Assembly: GCF_006345805.1 (NCBI RefSeq)
Contig: NC_043005.1
Coordinates: forward strand, 68,200,001 to 68,264,000
Length of the DNA stretch: 64,000 nt
Source: Octopus sinensis
Lineage: Eukaryota
Direction of reading: 5' to 3'
Under the pieces are notes generated by a model. It ran no database searches. It was not told the origin of the DNA and saw only the letters and a list, made by a program, of their open reading frames with translations. A program made the translations under genes and the position numbers. Shown here piece by piece: positions 52,067 to 64,000 of this stretch; within the stretch, counting starts at the first letter, position 1, and the number at the start of each line of letters is the position of its first letter.

Positions 52067-55000
52067 ATATATAATATATATATATATATAAATGATAGGC
52101 TTCTTTCAGTTTCCTTCTACTAAATCCACTCACAAAGCTTTGGTTGATCCGAGGCTATAGTAGAAGACACTTGTCCAAGGTGCCACATGGTTAGGAAGCA
52201 AGCTTCTTACCACACAGCCACTCCTCCACCTATGAAAGCTTTCTTCGCACAACAATCAATTAATTAACATAAATTAGCACAAATTCTCTTGATTCTAATT
52301 GATTTCAAATTTTGGCACAAGATTAGCAAGCTCAGACGAGGGATTAAGTCAATTACATCGACCCCTATGCTCAACTGGTGCTTATTTTATTGACTCCAAT
52401 AAATAAATAAAGGATGAAAGGACTCCAATATTTAAAGGATGAAAGGCAAAGTTGACCTTGGTGGAGATTGAACTCAGAATATAAAGACACGAAATGCTGC
52501 TCAGCATTTTGCCCAGAATGCTAATGATTCTGCCAGCTCACCATTTTGACTCTAATTAACAACACATTTTCTTATATTTTCTCTCTGGTGTTGGTTGCTT
52601 GAGATCTCTGGTTATTTAAGTACTGGATAAGAAGGAGTTTGTTGATCCTGCTTTTATTCCTTTTCACATTGTTGACATTGAAAAAAAAAAAAGAAAGAGG
52701 TCTGCCCCTCTCATTTAAAAATTTTTTTTATCAGTTTATGATTTTATTTTTCTTGCTTTCAAATCTAATGTATTTAATTGTAACCGTCCATCATAAATGA
52801 TAAATGAGCCAGAAGTCATTTAGTTTTGTAGATATCTTAGCAATCTAGGATTAGAATTTGACACGAAGGTGCTTCTTCTGAAATTTGAAAAGTTGCAGGG
52901 GCATTTACTAGCCAGTCTGATAAACTTCTTCTTAAATACATTATGTAGACATTGGTATATATATACACACATATACACATACACACATGCACACACAGAC
53001 ACTTGTAAATCTAGGAACTTTCAGTTATACACATATACACATTAGCATTATGAATATACATGTGCATGTATATGCATGAATGCATCTTGATTTAAATATA
53101 TGCATGCATATGTGTATATATGCAATTAAATATAAATGTGTGTATATTCACATGACTCTGTACATTAATACTGATATTGTGTGTAGTTCAGTGCTTACAC
53201 GCACACACACACACGCAGAGATAAAGATACAATCACACTGATAAGCTGATAAGATGCACATACACACATGCTCTCTCTCTTTCTCTCTTTCACACACACT
53301 TATATAAAGTTGTCCCTAAAGTCAATAGGTGAAATTTATTCTGTTCCTTGAATAAATGAATAAATTATAGAGATATTATATATTTATAAACTAATCATGT
53401 CTGTTGGCATTTATGAAGCTTGTTTAATATGACAAGCATCAATTTCATTTGAGAGTTATAACTGTTTAATAGAAGTGTCAAATTTAGTCATTTCATTTTC
53501 TCTATTTCAAGACAATTAATAATCATTTCTTTCATTACATTGTGTGAAAGTCATTTAAGTTCCTTATGAATAGATTAACATTTAAGCCATAAACCAACAT
53601 TAAAAAAAACGTTTATTCAGAATTTCAGACACAATCATAAATTTGTAAGTCTCTTCACTAATTTCTTTAAAATGTTCTTCATCACTTCACTTTTGGTCAA
53701 ATTTATTGTTTATTTTACATTGTGTACTTTGTGGTCCTGCCTCGGTATGTCTTTCATTATTTGACTAAACTCAGGAGGTCAGTCGACAGAATGGTTAGCA
53801 TGCTGAGAAAAATGCTTAGAGGTATTTCCTCCGTCTTTATACTCTCTTTTACTCTTTTACTTGTTTTAGTCATTTGACTGTGGCCATGCTGGGGCGCCGC
53901 TTTTAGTTGAACAAATTGACCCCAAGACTTATTCTTTGTAAGCCTAGTACGTATTCTATTGGTCTCTTTTGCCGACCCGCTAAGTTAAGGGGACGTAAAC
54001 ACACCAGCATCGGTTGTCAAGCGATGTTGGGGGGACAAACACAGACACACAAACACACACACACATACATATATACGACGGGCTTCTTTCAGTTTCCCTC
54101 TACCAAACTCACTCACGAGGCTTTGGTTGGCCCAAGGCTATAGTTGAAGACACTTGTCCAAGGTACCATGTGGGACTGAATCTGGAACTATGTAGTTCGT
54201 AAGCAAGCTACTTACCACACAGCCACTCCTATGCCTATAATCCAAGTTCAAATTCTATTGAGGTCAAATTTGCCTTTCATCCTTTCAGGGTCGATAAAAT
54301 AAGTCAATGTAACTGTCCCAAACTTGCTGGTGTTGTGCCAAAATTTGAAACTATTATTTAATTAACCTTATGCCATTCAAATGATTTACCATATTTGATG
54401 GCATAAAAGGCAGATAGTTCTCCAGTTAGATTTAAATAGGGAATCTTTAGAAAACATTCAAATAAAAGCTTTGTTTCTCTCTATTAACATTTGCTGCCTG
54501 TGGCTAATTGAAGACCGTCTCAGTGATAAAAAGTTGTTGCTTCAGTGTTGATCTGCATTTGCACAAAAAAAAAAAAAAAACAGACCTTAGTTATTCAGGG
54601 TCTGGCCAAGCAAAACCAACAGAGGACATTCAACATCAGTTGCTGTTATTACTGTTTAGCTCTCATATTAGCTGTGTTTGGTTATATTATCAAATGTGTT
54701 TAAAGATGTGGCCAATCTGTGCATCCAGTATCATCACTCATTGTAAATGGACTAATTCAACTGGTCTATATAATTTATTCATGAAATTTTTGACTATCAT
54801 ACCTCAGCATGATAAGAAAAAGGAGTAGCATGTAGGCCAGCTGATAAGGGACTACAATCTGAAGAGGCCTTACGTCTTCTGTTAAAGTCATAGCATTCTA
54901 GTTCTTTTATTCTTTCCTGTTAGTTGTGAGTGTATCCAGAATACTACAGGCGTATGCATGCACATACACAGCTGTAACCAATACATAAATCATATGTATT

Positions 55001-55213
55001 TAGCACTGATTACTAAAATAGCTAATGGGGAATTTGGAAAAGGGCCTACATTAAATATCTAGCCTAGTCCTGTTCCTGTTAAAGTAAGGTATACGTTTCC
55101 CTTCTGATCTGGACCAGCTACTTAATTTGCATAGGCTTAATCCACGGGCAACTTTTCCTAAAACACATCACCATAAGCAATCAGTTTTACTAATTATCCA
55201 CACAAAGCCTTTC

Positions 55214-55590
55214 ATCATCATCATCATCATCGTTTAACGTCCGTTTTCCATGCTAGCATGAGTTGGATGGTTTGACCGGGGTCTGGGAAGCCAGAAGGCT
55301 GCATCAGGCTCCAGTCTGATCTGGCAGTGTTTCTACAGCTAGATGCCCTTCCTAATGCCAACCACTCCATGAGTGTAGTGGGTGCTTTTTATGTGCCACT
55401 GGCCCAGGTGCCAGGTGAGACTGGCAATGGCCACGATCGGCATGGAAGCCAGTCAAGGTGGCGCTGGCATCGGCCACGTTCGGATGGTGCATTTTACATG
55501 CCACCGGCACAGGTATAACAACTACAATTTTTATTTGATTTTTTGATGTTGATGTACTTGACTCAATAGGGCTCCTCAAGCACAATGTTC
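55214..55590 (+). mobile_element. Interspersed repeat family C ((CAT)n-tailed, LINE-tail/SINE-like)
   Basis: catcatcatcgtttaacgtccgttttccatgctagcatg...tttctacagctggatgcccttcctaatgccaacc. Homologues at ~13903-14050, 14480-14790, 18086-18350, 28730-28920, 33830-33940, 37495-37680 and 47270-47500. Confidence 0.7.
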
Positions 55591-56396
55591 ATATATATAT
55601 CATCGTCATCATCACAATATGTGTATATATTGATGATAATTTGCATAATGTCTACAGTAAAACAGGGATAATAGAAAGGAAAGTTATGAAGTTTGTGACC
55701 TTTCATATATTGTAGTGATGAAGATAAAGTGGCTCTAATTGGTGGGGAAAATGGATGAAAATTGGAAAAAAATAATCATGCATTTCTGATTTTTTAGCAA
55801 TAAATATTCTGAAGTGTATATTGAATTCAGGGATAAAGCATGTAAATTAATCAAATTTTACTTAACAAACAACTGCAGATTAAGCTGAAGTTTCAGAAAT
55901 TCAATTTCACATTCAAAATAAGAATTGATTTATTTTTTGTACATCACATTTATAATAATTTATATTCATTTGAAATTGTTTTACATTTTATATTTTATAA
56001 TTGAGTCCTAATTCAAAGTATATAAATATTCAAACAATAAAATAAGTTGTCTTTGAGTTATTTTCTGTTGCTAAATGATTTAAATATGTTTTGTGATTAT
56101 TTGTAAAATTGTCTGAAAGGAAACAGCACTGGATTTGGTGCAGAATTTGGTTTCTTCCCTATGAATTTAATTCGTCTACTCACTGAACTCATTGTCAGCA
56201 TCTGAAAAATTAATTATAGCTCAATATTGTCCTTCTGGTACATTTTACTTGATAATACATCCTTGCAGTATACTTTGCGTTTGATTCTGTCAGAACATAT
56301 TAAGAATAAATATGCAGATCAATGTTTCAAATAGCAACTTTTTATCAGTTGGCAGATATAAGCACTGATCAGCAAACAATTTCATTCACTGAAATG

Positions 56397-56784
56397 TCTA
56401 TATATATAAAGCTGAAGTTGTCTGTTTATGGCAGGTTTGGTAGCCTTCAACTAACACTATCTCCTCCGAGACCCTGCGGTGCAAGTTGACCAAAATTGAG
56501 AGTATGATAGAAGGCTTGCTCTTCCTTCCATAGAAGAAAAAATTCAAATCGGACTATGTTAACACCAAGAATTATTTACATCAAAAAGGTGGTTTTTCTT
56601 CTATGAAAATCCCTATTTTTAACGATTTTTTTACTGCTGTGTCGCCATTTTTCGGTGTATTTCAACCAGAAAAATGTTTACTTAAAGAGAATAACAAACT
56701 ACATAATGCAAAATTTTTACTTTTCAAACATTCCTGTTCTAAAGGGTTGAAACCAACCTGAGCGACGCCTAGCGATACTGCTAG
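56397..56784 (+). mobile_element. Non-autonomous Helitron-like element
   Basis: 5' TCtatatatataaagctgaag... and a 3' GC-rich segment gagcgacgcctagcgatactg ending in CTAG followed by T. The 5' flank is G rather than the usual A. Confidence 0.55.
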
Positions 56785-57337
56785 TTATAAATAAAGTTAT
56801 ATAAAGGCTTGTTAGATTAAAGGTCTGGGTTCTTCCAGTTGAAAAACATTCAAGTCACAGAATCTGTTGTGACCATAAACCGAATGTGTTATAAATACAC
56901 TGTTGTTATGAAAAGGAGAAGCTGTTTTCCAGTGGCTTAATTAACAGCAGCCGGCATAGTTTGAATCTCCTAGAATGCATTAAGATTAAATTTGCAAATC
57001 ATCGTTTCAGATATCACTGTACACAGTGCAAATCACGATTGTTATGCATACATAAGTATGAACCAAAATTTGAAATTTGACCTTTACATTGTCAAAGCGA
57101 AGCATTAAATCCATTTAAATCAAAAATAACTAAAACTAGTGATATATCTGCTGACCCAAAAACTCCCTATAACCCAGGTTCTCATTCAAGTATTATATGT
57201 AGTATCAGAACAGTTTATGTATATATTCATTAAATTTGGTTGATGGGTGAGCGTTTGACCCAATCATGTTAGCGTTAATTTGTTGGTGTTTTCGGTCATT
57301 TGTTTGTATTTAATTATTATACAGTTATGTGTGTGTT

Positions 57338-57396
<59 letters not shown>

Positions 57397-58735
57397 CAAC
57401 TGGGACAAGAACGCAAAACGTTTAGAAGACGATACAAAAAACATTCGAAGCCTTCAGTCTTCAGTCAAGAACTGGATCATCCTCGCAATTTCGGCTGATT
57501 AATCTTGAGATTGCTCCAATCTGGCCAGCCCCAAGGAAAAACTAAGCTAAGCGCATTAGATTCATTGGAAGAAAGCTTCGAATGTATACAAAACATATAT
57601 GAAACTAGTCCCCATATTTCACTGCTTCATCTGAATTTTTCCATTAATTGTATTTCTTATTAATATAACGGTAAATTGCATCCCTGTTGAAGTGTTAAAT
57701 ATTTGAACATCCATTTCAAATATAGTCCATTTCGGTTTGTGTTTATGAGAGTAATCGAGAACAGTGCTATTAGTTCACGAAAACACCGTGGAGCAAAAGA
57801 TGAGTTTTCCGTACGCTGCCCGTAAGAATCGATTTCACTTGAATTGCTTACTTTTCTATGATGCCACGGCAAGTTTTGTAGACATGAATCTTAGCCTATT
57901 TCTTATTTGTGTGTCATTAAATTTGTAATATAGAGACCCCCACCTTCGGTCATTAATGACCATAGGATTGCACCTAGAAAGTTACCCTCCCAGGCACAAG
58001 TCCGGACAAGGTTGTTTATGGAAGACCAGTAGTCGCTCATGCATACCAGCCTCCTCTCTCCGCACCACCGATGTTATCCAAGGGAAAGGCCAATGCAACT
58101 TGCCACCAGTGACTCATTTCTACAGCTGAGTGAACTGGAGCAACGTGAAATAAAGTATCTTGCTCAAGAACACAACACGCAGCCCGGTCCAGGAATCGAA
58201 CTCACAACCGTAAATTCGACGCTATAACCAATGAGCCATGCGCCTTCACAAAATTTGTAATATAGCCTTATATATATATATGTTACTGAAAGAAAATATT
58301 TTGAACCAAGAATCGCAACCACGCCTCAAGATCAAATTGTTAACTATATCTGGTTATACCACACGCACACACACACACACAGAGGCACACACACACACAC
58401 ACATGCACGCACGCACGTACACACACACCCGACAGGAAGCTAGGGTTATAACAATGTACGTAACAAGCAGAATCACGTAATAAGCGAAATGACTCGTGAA
58501 ACATAACAGCATTTTTTTCCTGATTGGTTTCAAATATGAAGATAATTCGGTCAGGAGAAAATACGAGACGACGTTCTATAAGCAATACGTCATCAATGAA
58601 TTGGATGTGTGAATATAAATACTTTGTCTTACGAATGAATTCTAACTTCTGCTTGACTTGTGTCCTGGCTATTTAATGTGTAGGGTGTGTATAGATATTT
58701 ATGTATTCGTACTTATAGTATAACGAAACAGTGAA

Positions 58736-58925
58736 GGCGCAATGGCCCAGTGGTTAGGGCAGCGGACTCGCGGTCGTAAGATCGCGGTTTCGATTCCCAG
58801 ACCGGGCGTTGTGAGTGTTTATTGAGCGAAAACCGCTAAAACTCCACGAGGCTCCGGCAGGGATGGTGGTGATCCCTGCTGTACTCTTGTACACAACTTT
58901 CTTTCACTCTTACTTCCTGTTTCTA
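58736..58925 (+). mobile_element. tRNA-derived SINE with a well-preserved tRNA-like head
   Basis: ggcgcaatggcccagtggttagggcagcggactcgcggtcgtaagatcgcggtttcgattcccagacc has A-box and B-box. It continues into a non-tRNA body (gtttattgagcgaaaac...) ending in tandem tails, so it is not a tRNA gene. Confidence 0.7.
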
Positions 58926-58931
58926 TTGTAC

Positions 58932-58968
<37 letters not shown>

Positions 58969-58993
58969 ACCTGTATATATATATATTTTGTAC

Positions 58994-59042
<49 letters not shown>

Positions 59043-59249
59043 TTAGAAAATCCCCACCTTTTATCAATTCAATAATGAAAAAATTAAATTATACCATCTA
59101 GAAAAAATTACATCTTATAGAAAGATTAAATATAAGATAAAACTTATGTCAATGAATAAGTAATGAGCAAAATAATAAATAAAATGTATATATTTGGTAG
59201 AATAACTACACGTGTTTCGTGGTTATATTTAAGAAATGATAACAGTAAA

Positions 59250-59879
59250 ATCAATTCAATATAAATATAGTCACTCTTCAGGTTAAAGATAAAAACAATA
59301 AAATAATTAGATAAATTAATAAATATACGTATATAATCTTGTAAAATACGAAATATCTCTCGACACTGATTGTTTTGACCTTGGCTGTTAGGAGGTGACA
59401 GCGTCTTCGAACATAGGTAGTCATGCCAAGGTTCCTGTTCACAGCTCTGGAAACCGAGGAAATGGCGACATTGCGTTTCTTAGCAAAAGTTATCATGGAT
59501 ATGGATAGGTTGGCTTCAATCGAGCGTTTGAGGCCAGCGAGAAACTATGGATTGAGCTTGGAATCACTTTGTGTCTTGTGTTCTTTTCTATCAATCTTTC
59601 TCTCTTCTTTAAATTGTTTATACACACAATAAACTGTTGCTTTTGGAAGTTTCGTCAACTTAACAATTTTATTGGTAGTGTGCTCGGCGCGCGCCAAAAC
59701 AACAATGGCGGAACGATTCTGTTGTTCCATGACTTTCTGTTGTCGAATCAGTTTGCTATTTACTTGAAAAATAAAGAGAATTACATTTTCAAGCAAGCAA
59801 ACATTGTCAAAAACGAACTATTAAACCCATTAAGTCAACTACTTAAAATTGGTCTCAATTTATCTGCAGGACCCTGTAT
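59250..59879 (-). mobile_element. Tc1/mariner 5' remnant (HTH region)
   Basis: MEQQNRSAIVVLARAEHTTNKIVKLTKLPKATVY.VYKQF...R..H..SDSK...FLAGLKRSIEAN.S.SM..FAKKRNVA.SSVSRAVN.NLGM..YVRRR.HLLT. A TA-cagggt terminus lies at ~59879. Confidence 0.75.
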
Positions 59880-60099
59880 ATAAGCACTTGTAAAAACCAC
59901 ATAATATGATTACAAGCAAACCTATGTAGATAAATGTATTTGTTGTCGTGCATGTACTCATATACATCAACTTATATATCTCTGCTTGTCTATGCATCTT
60001 GTATGTATGTATGTATGTATGCATTTATGTATGCATCTCTCTTTTTCTATCTATCTATCTATCTATCCATCTATCTATTTCTTTCTTTTTCTGCCTGTC

Positions 60100-60181
<82 letters not shown>

Positions 60182-63100
60182 AATCTTCTATCTATATCTG
60201 CTATCGATCAAGTTTTGTATTTGTCTATTTGCCTATTTATCCATAATATTAACAATAACATCCAGGTTAATGTAGAGTACTGCAAGGATAAATTACCTTT
60301 TGAGACATTAATTGTATTAAAAACCTGGACAGGATCGAGATAAATGTATATTATAAACCAACAGACTCGAGGCAATATTTACTTTTTATTTCGTGCCATA
60401 CAAAACACACGAGAATCAATATTCTATTCAATCTGGTTAAAAAAATATGTACAAACGTATCTATTCTAAACACACAGAAGAAAGACTAAAGGAAGTAAAT
60501 GATATTTTGATTGATAGACGTTATATATCGTTATTAATAGATAATGGAAGAGAAATAGCTGAGGCAATTCGCTTCAGCGATTTAAAAGCTGTGAAAAGTA
60601 AAACAGAAATAAATGTTTAAACTTACATTTTAACACATAGTCCCATAAATATTGGAGCCTTTAATATATTTAATCGACGTTTATTACTTTTAAAATGGGA
60701 TCCAAAAGTGAAAAGAATTTTAGGAGGCTAAAAGGTAATGAAAAGCAAAAGACAGTCAAAGTCATTTAAAGAAACTATTAACAAAATTCCAATTATGTAC
60801 CGACTTTGCATAAAACTCTACAGTTAAGAATGCTGAAAAGTAAACAGCTGATTTAGAATTAATTTATCTGAAGGATCAGAGCTCCGTTTAATAAAAGATA
60901 ATTCTACATGCTTATCTGAAAAAAAAAATTCATGTCATAAAAATGCTGTGGATGCAGTGATAATTAAGTTGACCAAACAAATGTGTTCCATAGAAAACGG
61001 ATGACGGTTCACTGACAACAAATACCCAATTTGTATATTAGAAAAAAATTAACACAGCGAACATTTTGATTGATATGCGGGATTTCGGCAGCGGAATTTT
61101 GAGATTTTCCAATTTAATAACGTGTGGAAAATACAATAGAGTAGCAAAAAATTTGAATTCAGAACGTAAAAACCGGGAGATACGTTACAAAGAATTTTGT
61201 CCGACGCACCGACGATTCTAATCAGCTCGTTGCCTCGCAAATAATATTAAGAGAGCTTCTACGTATTTACTCGACTTTCTAGAAATAACAGCCAATTTCC
61301 TAAACTGAACATTATTGTCTCAAAAACGAAGAAAGTACACATTAAACAATTCAAACTCTGCTATTCCTCAATGGTATGGTCACAGCTTGTATGCTTTTGG
61401 ACGTAGATTAGCTCAATAGGAGAACTACAACAAAAAACATCGATGAGGGCAATGACACGACAATATGTGGCTTTTTTGCTGGTGCTGCAAGTAAATTTGA
61501 CCAGGTTTCCCTAGAAGGTACAGACGAAAATATGAGGGAGACTAGCTAAGTCGCACAGATAGATTTGTAGAACAGCCAAGTTAAAACATCGTTGCCCATC
61601 TGATAGAATATATGGCCACTGCAACCCACCCAAAACAAACAAACAGAAAACTGGGTAATACTTAAATGTCATCGTGAGAGAGAGAAAACAAAGAAAATTA
61701 CAAGTGACTGCTGGCCTACTACAACCCCCCCACCAAAAAAAAAAAAAAACAGGAATGTTGACTGGACGCTAAGGAGCTCGCATATCAGCCATTTATCCAA
61801 CCTCACAAACTCCACAGCAATATTAACAAAAAAAAAAATATAATGAATAAATAAAACAAACTGATCCGCTTGCAGAAAATCAAAACTATCAGCCAACACC
61901 TAAGATTGAAGACTACAACGACGAATACGATAATAACAGGAAAAGCCTTGACACAAAACAATTTTAACGAAAATGAGAGAAAAATATGAAAAACAAAATC
62001 TGTACGTACAAAAAAAAACAACAACAACAAAACGTTATATTTTATTATTTTTTGTTATTTCTATCAAATTCTTATACAGGTTTTCACAAGGCACACACTT
62101 TCCTTTGTGGTTGTAGCAGTGATTCGAAACCGAACCGCTAGGTAATCGGTCATACATTACGACCGAACGACAATAATTTTACGTGGTGGGTTTTTTTAAG
62201 CAACGAAGCAGCGTCAACCCATCGCGTAAGTCAATCTTCTAGAATCTTTTGCTTACGCCCTATAAAAAGCCACGTTTGGTACTAACACCCTTTGCTGATA
62301 ACTGAGAGTGGGTGACCCATTCACACGTCTCGTCTCTTGACATGCACAATGTTGAGGTAGCTGCACGATGTGTCTTCATTTTCGCCACGAACATAGCACA
62401 AATGTTTCCATTTTCGCCACGAACATAGCACAAATGTTTTCATTTAAACTCCTAGCTCTATATTTCACCCAGGATGTAATTATTGTTGTCATTTATAAAA
62501 GACCAACACAAGTTAAACTTTATGTGCAATAAAATCTCCTGTTAATTGTTCGTGGGTGTTGCCAGTTACATTTATTCATTTTTATTAACTTCATTCGCCA
62601 TAGAAGCAGTACAGAGATGGGTAGCTTTGCGGGTTGGACAAGACATTGATGAGGCGAATGATAATAATACAAGATGATAAGGATGGGAGAAGACAGAAAG
62701 CGCCCGCCGACCCCCTGCTTCCTAAAACATTGTTCTTTAAAAACACATATACAGAGATATTAACCCTCTTACAATTTAAAATACAATATATTTGGACTCA
62801 AAAGTCCACACAAATACAAAACATAATTTATACACAAGTTCGAGGCGATAAACCTCTACAATCCCTCCCCGAGCAATTTTCTTGCGACTTGCAGGCATTC
62901 CTGCAACCGCAACCGCAACCCGGGGCTCCCAAACAGAATTCTATAATTCTCGTTTTCACACGAGTCAATTATAAGATCACAGTATTTTCTTTCCAGCACC
63001 AGAGCAGCCACCTGCGAAGGCCACTCGGCTGTCAATACAAGTCGGGTCCCTCAGGATCCGACTATACATATCATTCTTCACGAAACTGTCAATGGCCCCT

Positions 63101-63858
63101 CCCCTGAGATAGAAGAACATATATTCTTCACCACTTTCACTGGGAGGGGCTTCAACTCCCTCGCTCGGTGGCACACATCCCATTGATGAAGTTATCTTCT
63201 CCCACCCCTTCCGGTTGCACACATTCCACCGAAGGGGTTTCGGGACATGCCGCCGCCGGCAGTGCCCCTTTTTCTTTTTTTTTCTTTTTTCCTTTGCCAG
63301 TTACTTTTTCACACAGCCTGTGTAACACATTTTCATTTATCACTTCAATCACTCATCACCTCAGACCAGACGACATAACAACCCTCGCGACATGACTCTT
63401 GTTCCCGACGGTAATCAATTTTCTGCTGATATACTTGAGTTTGATTTTGTTATTATTTCTTTCGTTTGTTTTACTTGAACTAAATCTATTTTTGGGGAGT
63501 TATGTTTTCCAAGTTCATAATTTGAATGTATTCTTTTTTAAAAATTTCTATTGCACGTATTTTTCATCATATCATTCTTTCATTTTAGCCTACTTTTCGC
63601 ATGCTTGTGGTGTGACAATGTGGTGATAAGTTTGCTTCTCAAACACTTCCGAGTTCAGTCCAGCTGCGTGGCTTCTTGACTAAGTGTCTTCTATGATAGC
63701 TTCGGATCGACCAAAGATTTGTGAGTGGATTTGGTAGGCAGAAACTAAAAGAAACCCGTCGTATAATACATACATACATACATACTACATACATACATAC
63801 ATACATACATACATACATGCATGCATATGTATGTATATATACATACATATATATACAC

Positions 63859-63988
<130 letters not shown>

Positions 63989-64000
63989 CTCCAACACAGA

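Noticed and set aside
57440-57480. Possible third minimal hammerhead (minus strand CTGAAGA...gaag-g-cttc-GAATG)
   Set aside because: It lacks GAAA, a foldable stem II loop and a convincing stem I.
58736-58810. tRNA gene
   Set aside because: It has A and B boxes but no complete acceptor stem or terminator, and it runs directly into a SINE body.
62384-62445. 33-bp direct tandem repeat (also a ~32-bp one at 19728-19781)
   Set aside because: Ordinary short slippage duplications with only two copies and no spacer.
62634-63107. 157-aa plus-strand ORF
   Set aside because: It begins at a non-ATG codon, has no recognisable motif, and spans AT-rich UTR-like sequence.

Overview
AT-rich, microsatellite- and SINE-dense eukaryotic DNA, most likely from an octopus (inferred from the repeat families, not proven). 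One host gene is well supported: a + strand SLC19-family (thiamine transporter/reduced folate carrier-like) gene with four coding exons (16568-17675, 21124-21316, 44990-45131, 49491-49604; 518 aa). The main discovery lies in its 23.7-kb second coding intron. A tandem array of ~473-bp monomers (about 29474-33542) carries one type I hammerhead ribozyme motif per monomer (CUGAUGA core, GAAA, palindromic stem III, GUC cleavage triplet, 8-bp stem I). This is the architecture of a non-LTR retrozyme. Seven motifs are antisense to the host gene. A fold-back inversion places two further core-intact motifs on the sense strand of the pre-mRNA. Two minimal hammerhead motifs of the Penelope-associated type occur at 5871 and 8684. 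The rest of the window is tRNA-derived SINEs, RTE LINE, Tc1/mariner, Gypsy and Helitron remnants, local tandem duplications, hairpins and a pentamer-based minisatellite. Most ORFs in the supplied track are microsatellite artefacts.
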